From contig NC_134030.1 of assembly GCF_964204645.1 (NCBI RefSeq), positions 19,056,210 to 19,120,209 on the forward strand: a DNA stretch of 64,000 nucleotides, read 5' to 3'. Origin of the DNA: Tubulanus polymorphus. Lineage: Eukaryota; Animalia; Nemertea. Positions 1 to 18,596 of the stretch are shown one piece after another. The notes under the pieces are model-generated. The model had not been told where the DNA came from and made no database searches. It saw nothing but the letters and a program-made list of their open reading frames with translations. Numbering within the stretch: position 1 is the first letter of the stretch; every line of letters starts with the position of its first letter. A program made the translations under genes and the position numbers.

Positions 1-6394
<6,394 letters not shown>

Positions 6395-8399
6395 TTTTAG
6401 GTAAGGTACCTTTACTTTTTCGTCCACACAATTCTATGCGACAAACTGAAGTAACCCACCCGACGAGAGATTTGCAGCATATGGTTAACCCAAATGAGAC
6501 AACGTCGTTCATGATTTTATTAAATGGGTTGAATTGATTGTTCCGCTAAAAATTATCGTAACATTTCCGAACGTGCGGTTACTCATGAACATGTAGTGTA
6601 CTCAAGCACAACATTAACAATTTCAACAAAATCTACATATTTGGAGTCTTAATGATATAGTACACTCTTAGATCACATGGTTCTTCGGGGGTTCTTCGAA
6701 GAACCGTGGGGTTCTTGGTGAGGCTTTAAGGTGCTTCAACAATATGGAATGCCTAAAGTTGACACAATTGTCAATTAAGAATAAAGCAGACCTGCAACAG
6801 GGAATAATTAGTATAGCTGATGAATAAAACTGATTTTCTATGTGGTGTAGGTTATATACAAAACATTTTGACTGGAAATTAGAATTGGGTTAACTTTGAA
6901 AACAATTTACTATGTATCATCGCAATATTCAAAAATTGAATATATACGGTATCCGATGAGGTAATCATGGAGGTTATTATGAAATTGTCTTTATCAACGC
7001 TCATCGTATTAGCGAAGTCCGATTGTATTTCAAAATCGTACATACAGTATTGAAAACGCATTCACTTAAAATGCAATGTATAAGTAAAGCCCATCGAAAT
7101 TCATTTGCAAAATTAGATCAATGCACGCAATGCTTGATATCTGCTGATTATAATCTGTGTCTGGAATCAGCATACATTGTTCTGCGTGTGGTATTTATTA
7201 CATAGAATTTGTATCGTTTGAAATATAATTATATCATATACAGTGTATAATCAATGACAGAATTCCTTACATAAAGTAAGCACGAAATGAATACTTTAAA
7301 GTTCGAAGTAAACGCACAAAATTGGAAGCGGCATGAAAACAATCTCAACAAAGAGTGTGTAAACAAGTCAGCGAGATACTGCGGCTCAGGAAGACCTAAC
7401 ATCAGTCCTCCAACAAACGTGTTCGCGAGGTTTCTTATGAATGATCTCAAGTGATTTTTTCTTTTTCACTGGCTTCGATTAATTCTTATTTTTGCCATTG
7501 TAGTTAAAAATCATTGAAATCATCAATTGACATCTATTTATTGTTGAGATCATAATTGGCTATCATACGTACTCATGAACATTTGCATAGAAAACATTTG
7601 CAGAAAACAGTTATAGCTGCTTTGCAGCTTTATTGAGGGTTTTCTGCACTTCGCAGAGAAAACCCGGTCTGTTGATTGTTATCATTATTATTATCAATAT
7701 ACATTTTCCACTCTCATTCGTAAAAAAAATTATTTTCTTCCGGATCCGCAACTAAAAGCTTCTAAACGAATCGATGAATTCTGTTATAGATAGTTGTCAT
7801 AGATAACCCGTTATAGCAAAACGAGTCGGTTGTCTCGCGGGTTGGAGTATTTCGAATTTTAGAGCATTTTTAGAGCATTACTTGGTTTGTTTTGTACATG
7901 AATTGGTTATCACAATTTATTTATCTGCACTATAATACCCCTAAAGTGTCAGTACAAATAATTATGTTGACGAATAATCCACAAAAACAATAGCTTTAGA
8001 CGTCATCATACACTTCTTAATTGCTCTTAATTCACAAATATCATCAAGTCGAAATTCCGTTGGTGTCCTTGACCATCAACGGGTCACGTGTGAACAAGAT
8101 GCAGACATGTCAGTTAAAAGTATTCTGTGCACAGTAAAATAAGAACTGTTATATTCTACATAGCTTTCAACATGTTGTAAACGTTGTGTAGTAAAGAATG
8201 ATAGCCTACTATTGGAAGAGTGATGACAACTTACGCGAAAAAATTGATTTTCTGAAGTTTATTTTATTTCAGCTAATGAGACCACGTAGGGTACCGGTAA
8301 TGTTGTCAGTGGACAAATAAACGTAATTGGATTTCACAATAGAAATTTGGCGAAATAGAAATGAAAAAGTAATATTTGAATCAATACCACAAAAAAGCA

Positions 8400-8675
8400 T
8401 GTATGCGACAAATAAGGAAAATACAGTTAATTTCCCTGTTTTCGGCTTAAATTTGAAGTAGATGAAAACCTGTTTTCTTTGAATTGAAGCCACGGGAACC
8501 ACTTAACCTCATTTTCAAGCCCGCTTAGAATTGGCGATGTTGGGTTATTATGTCATTGATTTGCACAAAAAGCACACCAGTATAATCAAATTCCCATCCT
8601 CGATGGCAAGCGTTTCCAAAAACCCAGCAACAGTGAGTTCCGGGAACTCATTTTGACATGGAATGTCGGAATCCA
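8400..8675 (+). repeat. 276-bp repeat, inverted copy of 12477-12752
   Basis: Reverse complement of 12477-12752 with only about 4 differences. Confidence 0.95.
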
Positions 8676-11600
8676 GAAGAAAAACTCCAAAAAAAACTAT
8701 TCTATCTTATGTATTACTATTATTAGGTCCACTGAATTAGGTCCACCTAAATCCGTATTATCGGGGTACTAAAATGGTCTGATCGCTTTTGTTTTATATG
8801 GCGAATTAATCGAATTCAATCGGAAACATACCCCAAGCAATATTGTTTCTGAAGTATACTTCAGAAACAATATTCTTTATTATTCTCAATTATCATTTGG
8901 TCACTGTCACCTAGAGTTGATAAACAAGGTTATGAAATTGTAATTCTGATCGTAGTATTTAATTCGAAGTAAGGATTGCATACTGCAGAGATTGTCAAAT
9001 AGTGGAAACATGCAATATTTTAGAAACCCGTGGATAATTTTTTTCACAAAGGTGTTGAGGAATATATGTATGTAGAATCATTGAATTAATGTTAAATATA
9101 AATTATCCATTTTCACGTGACCTTAATTAGCCAATGGTCTTTGCTCTATGGGCTGAGGTTCGAATCTAATCAACAACTCGTACTCCTCGAATCAAAATAT
9201 CAAGTTATCAATCCTTAAAATGATTCGTGTGCTTCGCTGGCGTTCATAGTACACTTTGAAGGGATTACCGTCAATCATCTAGTGCTCCGTAGAAATAGTA
9301 ACATCGATATATGTCTTAATCAAGATGAGAATCATCGATTAACATGTTATGAAATTAAATTTGGAAGTGCTAGATGTTTATGTGGCGGATTATTACCCGT
9401 TACCCAGATAGACTCACGCTTATCAATCAACAACCGTGTTAACGCGTCATCTTCCTTTATAAATACATATTCAAATAATATCAGATTGCGTAGACCTGCA
9501 ATGGGCCCGATAACTAAATTATGTGTATTGATGTATATCGTATGTTGTATTATTAATCTATAAATACAATGTTTGAATTTGAAGGTCAGTATTTGCCTAA
9601 AGGTGTTCATTGCACATTTAAGACATCATCGTTTTTTGATAGTGTGGTTTTCCTATTTTCTCGCAAGACATGAAACGAAATGTAGAGATGTATTCGGATT
9701 TTCGTAGGTCCATTTTAAGTGCATAGCAGAGTACCGAATATTAGATCCCGTTGACTATTGACCTCCTCAGTTGTTTTTGTTATAGCGAGCCCATGGTGCA
9801 ACTATGGCGATATCCTCTTGTTTTTGTATAAGGTAAAAGGCTTCAATAGAAATGGCCCAATTCATTTTGGGATGGATTAGAACTAAGTATTCTTGAGAGC
9901 TCTTGAGAGCGGCTGAACGATCGTCATCAATAGGTGAACATTAGCAACCCTATAGGTTATACAGTGAGACCATCACCTAAACTGTTTCCTATGCGATCTA
10001 TCTTTCTGTAGGTTCATTGGCATAGATTTATCAAATACTGGTTGGACCACATGAAAAAATAATTTCTTTACTAGAATTTAGGGTGTAGGTGTCAGCACTC
10101 GGACCCTATTTTTCATAACTAGTCTTCATTACTGATACCTTTAATCTGTGTCGCAGTAGACTGGTCGAATTCAATATTATGTTAACCATAGCGTGCCTAG
10201 TGTCATGTGTTAATATTAACTTTCTGACTATTTATTCGTTGAAAACGAGAGCAGAAAATATGCAGTCAATATGGCTCAGTTATTTCAGAATGTCAATGTA
10301 GGCCTATATAATGCCGACACTAAAAGCCCCAGATCGTTGCTTGCTGGTGCAGGTTGAATGGAATTATTTACTGAACTGGAATTTCTTAACTGGATATTTT
10401 ATATAAACTGAAATTTCAGTGAATCTGCGATAATCCATACATAGAATATTCGTTACCCCGAATTTTGACTTCAAATTCTGAGCCCGTAATTCAGTCCCGG
10501 CAGTTGTGGTGGGTTTGTAGGGACACGCCAAATAAATAAGAGATGAACATAAGCTCTAAATAATGTTGACGGTATTAAAATGATAACAAGATGGCGACAG
10601 CGATTCCGATCTCAAAAGCCTATTTCAGGACTTTGAAACCCGTGAGGTTTGCTCCTATACTAAATGCTTTACCCGATTATGAGACAGATATCAGAAGATA
10701 TTGAATGAGGACTTATGAATCAGGCGTTAAAATCTTTTTTTTCAAATACTATAAGTTGATTCTTCAACTGGAGGTAATTCTATTTCGTCAGTAATAGAAT
10801 TCCCGAGCAGACATCAAACCAATACGTCGCTACCAATATGAAACAAAAAATTATTCAAAACAAGAAAATAGAACGCTGTAAGCAGATACCTAAATGAAAA
10901 TATCATTTAGTTAAGTTAGACTGTTCAAAGACTAAAAACTGTTCTGCTGGTACTTAAGTACCTTTATTCATGTTCATGGTCAACGTCAATAGAACAAATA
11001 GCTCATTAATATCACTGCATCGTGTCAATGCGAACTGTTTCACATATTTGATATATTTTCATGATATAGAATATCCATTCTATTTGTTTTGTTGTATGAA
11101 ACCGACACGTCTGATCATAAGTCCAACCTAATTTGCCTCATTCTCATAACAATGATAATCATATCTAATTTAACTCATTGTGATCGAAACTACACTAAAT
11201 ATATTAATATATTATTTAGATAAAACGAAACTTGCTTAAACTAGTGGATTAACATAGTAGATTTTCCATCTGAGTTCTATAAGGGTTTCTATTTTCAAGA
11301 AAATGAACAACTGAATCAAACGACCAATTGTTATCACTACACGAAAATTAAAATATCATTTGGTTTAATCTTATCACACCATTCTCGCATCAGAATTACC
11401 ACGAGCACCGGCTAAAACTATTAATCTAAATGTGATATTTCTTAATGATGACACGACTATTTCGAATCAGTTGCAATGCCGCCTACTACCATGGCCTGAT
11501 AATTCACATTATTTTGTAAATAACTTTCGCATGGTTCACTCTTTCTTCGAGACCATGCATTTGACCGCTATAAAGACTTTCTTTGTAGGCCTATACTAGA

Positions 11601-12472
11601 GCATTTTATTTATAATTCCGTAACATTACAACATAAAGCCACATAGACCGAAAGCGACCAGGCCATTCCGTCTACTCGATAATACCTATTGCACATGGAC
11701 ACGGACTTCAATAATACACACACTATACATCACTGCTGGATATTAAGAACACTTAAAAGTCAGTGTATACATTGAACATCCTCAGATTCGTGATTATTTG
11801 CTGCATATGTCCTTTCTAGCTATTATATGGGCATATACACTAATACAGATTAAAGAGCTGACATTTTATCTTTAATCAGTATTCAATCACCATCACTATC
11901 CGCTCGCGTATTGTGAATCACTTAGAAAATAACCCCAAAGTGGAAAAAGTATAATACACTGTGTCATAAAAGATCCAGTTGCGAGACGATACTGCGATTC
12001 AGCTAAACAACTTTTTCATCAATTCCGTTAATAGAAATAAAAGCAAACAATACATTTAGAATATATCAAAAATTTAAATGTTTTTGAACATTTGAATGTT
12101 TTGCTTTGCATGCTAGTAACAAAATAGATAACTGATTTGTGTTGAACCAGTTCCTTTAGGAATAAGATGAAAAGCTTATTTTTTGGTAGTAGTTCATGTC
12201 ACCTAAATTCTATTATGGCTTGTTTAACTGAAAACTTCAATAATATCTATAATGCTGGGTATATATATACACGTACGTGGGTAAGATGATAATTGTTCCG
12301 TATAATTTCCTACCGGTTAACTTTTATTCATGTATTAAAAATTGAATTAATTGAATTTCGTGGTCGATTCCTTGGCGGGTTTTGAATTCTTAATGTCGTG
12401 TCAAAATGAGGTCCGCAAATTATTTGAGTAATTGAGTCTATCGGGTCACGGTGGAGATGGGAAATTATCGAA

Positions 12473-12755
12473 GGCTTGGATTCCGACATTCCATGTCAAA
12501 ATGAGTTCCCGGAACTCACTGTTGCTGGGTTTTTGGAAACGCTTGCCATCGAGGATGGGAATTTGATTATACTGGTGTCCGTTTTGTGCAAATCAATGAC
12601 ATAATAACCCAACATCGCCAATTCTAAGCCGGCTTGAAAATGAGGTTAAGTGGTTCCCGTGGCTTCAATTCAAAGAAAACAGGTTTTCATCTACTTCAAA
12701 TTTAAGCCGAAAACAGGGAAATTAACTGTATTTTCCTTATTTGTCGCATACACCC
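12473..12755 (-). mobile_element. Probable MITE (PIF/Harbinger-like end GGGTGTATGCGACA next to TTA); partner of 8400-8675
   Basis: Near-identical inverted copy; imperfect terminal similarity GGCTTGGATTCCGACA / GGGTGTATGCGACA. Confidence 0.55.
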
Positions 12756-13059
12756 TTAAAACTGCAGTCAGCGATTCTTGAATGTTTCCCGAGGATGACT
12801 CACAATAACGACTGCGTATCGTGGTTGTTGTTGTCAATCTAGTCACACAGAGTCCAAGCCGTGCCAGGAAATATCACAGGTACCCGCTAAAAAACTCAAT
12901 TTGTTGTCCATTTTGCTTCTATTTTGGTTGGATGTCCGTTGTTGTGGTGAAATCCGCTTTGTGTATCTGTTTATACTTGTTCATTTTGTGAGTGATCGGC
13001 TTAGCGTAAACGTTCCGAATTTGTCGTTAAACAGCGGTAGTTCGCGTTCTGAAGCAGCG

Positions 13060-13946
13060 ATGAACGGCACGGACTACGAAGATATCTTGGTTTACACAAC
13101 ACTCCAGAGCTTCTTCCAGAAGCCACGGACGTTCCTTCTTATAGCCCTGATCGCGTCGCCGATACTATTCGCGTTCGGTCTTTTCGGCAATTCGGCCACG
13201 TTATGTATCATGTCGAGCAACAGATTCCGGCATCTTTCCTACGCCAACTATCTGATCGCGTTGTCGCTCAGTGATTTAATGTATTGCCTTGTTTCGACAT
13301 TGATGCCTATGTTGCAGTTCTTACTTCAGACGCGAGCCCGCGGCCCGATCTACATAATGAATTCGCGTATCGGCTGTCAAATCTACCAATACGTAAGCGT
13401 CATTTCGTTGTGCACGAGTTCGTGGATGATAGTGGCTATATCTTTAGAACGGTTGGCAGTCGTAATGTTCCCTTTTTCCGCCCGTTTGATATGCACTCCT
13501 AGATTCTCGCGCGCGGTAATATTCTTCATCCTAGTCACCAATGCCGCCGTCGAGGTCAAGCGTGTTTGATTTACCTTCCCGAGTTCATCAAGTCGTCGAG
13601 GTACCATACGATTTTCGCTTTCGCATCGCCCGTCTGCCTGGTGTTGATTTCGAACGTTTTGATTATGGTTCTATTGATTCGTAGGCGAAATAGTGTGGCT
13701 TCTTCGGGCGACAAAACGGGCAAAACTAAACGCACGACTGTCATGTTGGTTACGGTATCTCTCACGTTCGCTGCATTCACCTTACCGTTGACGATCGTAA
13801 TTATGATGCCGTTCGACGCGATTGCGCTTCTATCCGTATCTCAGATACATTCGGTGAATTACGTCGTCAATTTCTACTTGTATCTTTTACTCGGCAAAGA
13901 GATCCGTACGTATTTTCTGCAGAAGTTCAAATCTTGTCGTTATTAA
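13060..13946 (+). pseudogene. Intronless class A GPCR (FMRFamide/sex-peptide-receptor-like, invertebrate chemoreceptor-type), frameshifted after TM4
   Basis: ORF 13060-13569: N-glycosylation NGT, TM1 GLFGNSATL, TM2 YLIALSLSDL, TM3 GCQIY...SSWMIVAISLERLAVVMFPF, TM4. A second frame (13554-13946) carries GQACLIY, TM5 FASPVCLVLISN, TM6 TVMLVTVSLTFAAFTLP and TM7 NYVVNFYLY...KEIR. Could be an assembly error rather than a true pseudogene. Confidence 0.85.
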
Positions 13947-14476
13947 CACGCTTGCGGCAACGATGACAATACAGTGCTGCCACCAATTGTCATAACGAGT
14001 ATACTCGTAGCCTGGCGCTGGAATTGTTACATAGTCATATATCTTACATCTATATAAAAAGCTGATTCACAAACATGCAACCTAAACCAACTATCCAAAT
14101 CAACAAAAATGTTTGCTGCTAACCTGATAGAAAACGGTGCTGCCTCAAATTGCCTCTACGAGTATACACGTGTAGGCAGGCTTGCACTGGTGCTGATACA
14201 TTTAGTCAGCCTTTGCTCGAAATTGACCAATGAGCACTGAGAATGAAGTTGACTTTATTTCACATCCTTAGTCATCCAGGAACTGTCATTTCCAAATATA
14301 TAAATGCAACAAATATGGCACTGGTGACAGAACCGGAAGAACAAGTATGGTCGTATATTTGTAGCCGTAGATATTTTTTTGTAATCGAAAACTTGTTACG
14401 TCATTGAAAGAAGGTCAATAGAAAGTCCGTATTTGGACTCGAAATGTATTGAATTGTATTGAATTGAGCTTAAGAC

Positions 14477-14700
14477 GGCCTCAGTAGCTCAGTGTTGTTA
14501 TAAGGCGTGATGTTGTTGCATACACCATCAGTGCTGAAATGACAAGTGGGTTCGAATCCTGCTGGCTGCTTACGGTGCGCGGGGAACGCTTCAAAGACCG
14601 TGATCCCGACGTGAGGTTGAATGAATAATCCAATAGGGTTAGTCTCGGGAAACCAAGATGCAAGTGATGTTAAGCCAAAACAAACAAGCAAACAAACACA
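14477..14700 (+). mobile_element. tRNA-derived SINE
   Basis: A-box TAGCTCAGTG, B-box GGTTCGAATCC, unrelated body, 3' TGATGTTAAGCC followed by a (CAAA)n tail. Confidence 0.75.
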
Positions 14701-15239
14701 CATCAACAACGGCGACAATTCATAATTCCAGTTATGACAAGTTAGGATCCACCAGGTGTCGCTAGCGTACAGTGACGAATCCCATTTTCTGCTTGACTGT
14801 ACATCGACTGCTATGCAAAACAAAAAAAAAAACAAAAAACAAAAAAACAAACATGACCGGTATCAAAAATGAGCCGAGAAGCGAAGAACGACGAACTAAT
14901 CTCAAATTCGCAATATCAACATTTTATTTTAAGTATAAAGAAATTAACACGGGACATACTCGATATAAAATCTTGCGAGGAAATGATTGCACTTAATAAT
15001 CGCCAAAACGGTTCACCGTAGTATTACATACATTCGTAACCGACGAGCCGTGTGGTTTCTAGACATTTGTGATCGTAACCCGAATTAAAATGTATATCGT
15101 AAACAATCGACAAAATAATAACCGTCCAAATCACGTTTCTCTTCCTCGTATATTTTCATGAACATGATTTTCTTAGTTTTAGTTTCGCTACTAAACGTCG
15201 TATATAGGTGACCAGACAATAGTCTCCTGAAAACGGCTG

Positions 15240-15347
15240 GACCCAGTTCCACAGTTGTGAGTTAAGATTTGACCCTGAGTTAAAACATTGAGAATGAACT
15301 AATTTGAACTCAGAGTTAACTCTAACTCACAACTGTGGAACTGGATC
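15240..15347. mobile_element. PIF/Harbinger-like MITE (family A)
   Basis: TIR GACCCAGTTCCACAGTTGTGAGTTA, CTG target duplication. Confidence 0.8.
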
Positions 15348-18300
15348 CTGGATATTTTGCGGATGAATTATTCGGCGTAAACAAACCATCCATACATTAT
15401 TCTGGACCCGGCTCAACAGTTGTCGGTAAAGCTGGACTTATGAAATAGTTCTTGTCCAATTCGGACGCTAACGAGAACTGCGGAACAGGGTCGCGTATTT
15501 GGACACTAATCCCGGAATTGTTTTATGAGGATTCTACGGCCAGTCATCAAAGACTGGACGCGTGTGCACTTTCTTTTATAAACCTTAAAAGCAACACGAA
15601 CTTAATTCCAACAACAGCAGGACAATTTTCTAGAAAGCTTGGTTTAAGTCGGCCTTGTGAGTGCCAGCGATACGTCCAGCATGTTCTGCTTTTTGCGACA
15701 TGTTGGCCTCCACCGGTCGCAACTACTTTGCGGGCGCGAGAGACTCCGACTATCGCTGCAGAACTAAGGACGCATTTACGACCAGTTTCAACCGTTCACA
15801 ACGCATCGCAAGCAAGCGACGAATGACGAATTGTACATCTCTTTCTTGCGGAAGAGGATGTAACATTGACTCAACCAGACTCCAACTGACTCACCTTACC
15901 TTGAGTCAGGCAACTAGATATATTTACAACTCATGTCGCCGAGATTGTCAACTTTTAATGCTCTTCGGTGGCAGGTTTTTTTCCGGGGCTAAAACATCTT
16001 TTTCTTCATAGACACGATGAACACAAAACCCATGTAGTACTTAATTACTACAAAACACTAATTAACTTTATCGATATTCTAGTATATCTGAATACAATAT
16101 TGTACTTAGGTACCACGATCGTGGTAGTGATAATATACGAACAAACCCGCCTGCCAGAGTCGAATTCATCCGACAAAAAGTATTCACTAGTCGCGACACG
16201 TGAGTAAAAATATTCGCACGTGATTGCTGGTTAAGGATGAATCTTGACTACTAGAGTAACACGATGATGTCATCGTAGATATTACTGTCGCAGCTGGGTT
16301 AACAGATTAGGTCAAACAGATGTAAAGCAGTTCGGCTGGTTTTAAATGGTGAGTAGTATTCGATGGCTAGGCAACTCCTAGCCCATAAGGCGCTGAATAA
16401 GGGTACGCCATACACCACTTTCATTCTGGATCATTTTGGGGCCAAATTGTCGAACCCAGGAAGTTTTACATTACATACTTTCATAACCTTACATTTGTTT
16501 CTTTTCACAACGAAATACCAAGATTTTTCGCATAATCTCTTTTGCGGGTTCCGACATTCTTCAGGGGCAACATACTACGTATGTATATATAGCCAATGCA
16601 GTTACTGATGAAAATATCTTGAAAACGAATTTCTCCTTTAAACTTTAGAAACAGCGTGTGCAGTTGAGCTACCACGGTACGTATGCCACAAAACGGGGAA
16701 CAAAATATTTACATATTTTCTACGAATTTGTTTCGATGATTTTAAAAGTTTTGTAACATAATTTTTTTTCAGGCAAACATCCATCTGACCCCGCATTTAG
16801 TTTCAAATCCCATGTTCTTATCCTTTCCGCTAAGTCGAACCGTTTCACTTCAGTCAAGTCGAAAAATAGCCCACGACCTCGCTAAATAGAAGCCCAACGA
16901 CGGTGAATACACGAACTTCGGACAACATCTCAAAATTGTACAATCAAATCGTTTAAAAAATTCTCTCGCCACAGTTTACACATATTAAGATATATCAATC
17001 GTATTTATATACAAAGTTCGGAAGCTATCTCAGCGAGTGAAGACTGAAATTCGTAACTATTTACACGCTAACAATTTTATTTACAAAGTTTCCCTATTTT
17101 TTGCATTGAGAATGCAGAGCGCGAATCCACAATATTGACTCTGATAGGAAACTCTTCATTTTAACACTCGTCGCTATGAAATTTCCCAGCTCTTTCGTTG
17201 GTTTCATTTTTTTTTCCCGGTACGGTTTGAAATACTGAATTCGATTCGGGACACGATTTCGAAATTGTAGTTTTCCCGGATGGATCGACTGTCGACTTGC
17301 CCCGAATCGAAGCTGCGTCGATGTGACTACGAGACTTTAAATGATTTCGACACCAAAGTTCATTTTTAAAATCCTATTCATGAATATCCTATAATAGCTA
17401 ATTAATCAACCGATTCTGTATGTCTTCTTATATATATTTTTGGGTATTGTACTCTCAATCAAGCCTGCTTAAGTCGATCGGAAAATGTTGGATTGTGATT
17501 TTTTTTTTCGTACGGTATCATTCACAGACCCTTCATTTCATAAATAATTACATTATTGTCGCAGGAATCGAATTTTCTTTTTTTTGTAAAAGTCGTTGCT
17601 AAATTCTACGGTTCAAACATTCGTTTTACATTATTGAATTCCAGTCAGATGAATTTCAAGTTGGGTGGCTTGATTTGCCTGACAGTTCTAGCTACCATAG
17701 AGGTCTTGCACGTCATAGGAGACTTGCCATTGATAACGACACAGATTGATTTGGTCATTTACAAATTTAGCAGATCCGCCTTGCAAATCTTGCATTCTGT
17801 GCCAATATGGTATCGGTCACTTGATTTGAGGTCATTGCTATAAGACCTCTATAGACGACATTTGCCACTCTATTTTTGGGTTTTCTGGATATCCCTGGAT
17901 CGGGGACTACGGCTGCGTGTACATTATCAAAAATGAAGATTCGATGATAACTTTACAATCTTAATCATCGCAATGAATGTAACGTATCCCCCAACAAAAC
18001 GACAGTTCCCACCCGAACCGACTGAGCCGGGCTTGACCGTACGACCTGGTTTGGATCGGGCAGCATTTCGTGGCCGGAAGTAGGGTCTAAAATGAACAGC
18101 TCCCCGCAGTGTCAACGCTGCGATTTGAATTCGTTTCAAACATGACCACACGAGGTCGCTACACATTACACAACACCGCGTATAGTAGAGTACACCGAAC
18201 ACTAAAAATATCATGCAAGCATTATTTAAGTTACAGACTCCCGAGGTAAAATAGTATAATTCCACACTGCAACATCTATAATGATATACATACATATTTA

Positions 18301-18468
18301 TAACATTTTTCTTTTATGAGTAAAAACGTGATGTTAACACTCACTAAAAACCTCAACCGGAGCAACTTAAACCCTGTTTCCCACGATAGGCGGCGACACC
18401 AGCTTCATGTTACCGAATCGAACACGAGTCGAAATTGACCTCGAAAAACATTTAACTGAAATGATCTG

Positions 18469-18596
18469 GGGCCAGTTGCACAGTCGTGACTTAAGTCCAA
18501 AAGTGGTCTTAAATCCTAAGATGACTGGTCTAAAGTTGTTAGATTGGCTATGCAACCGGCCAGTTGCAGTCTAAGCCATGACTATGCAGCCGGCCC
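18469..18596. mobile_element. PIF/Harbinger-like MITE (family B, internally deleted)
   Basis: TIR GGGCCAGTTGCA...TGCAGCCGGCCC, CTG flanks; related to 58002-58139. Confidence 0.7.

Noticed and set aside
12901-13059. 5' extension of the GPCR ORF from a TTG start
   Set aside because: The first ATG in good context (13060, MNGT) gives a normal short glycosylated N-terminus; TTG starts are not expected here.
13555-13583. 29-nt GT...AG micro-intron that would repair the GPCR frame
   Set aside because: Far shorter than any intron in the window (shortest about 80 nt), weak donor GTCAAG, and it would delete the ECL2 cysteine.
14477-14570. Possible tRNA gene
   Set aside because: A and B boxes are present, but there is no closing acceptor stem or T-run terminator, and it continues into a SINE body and tail.
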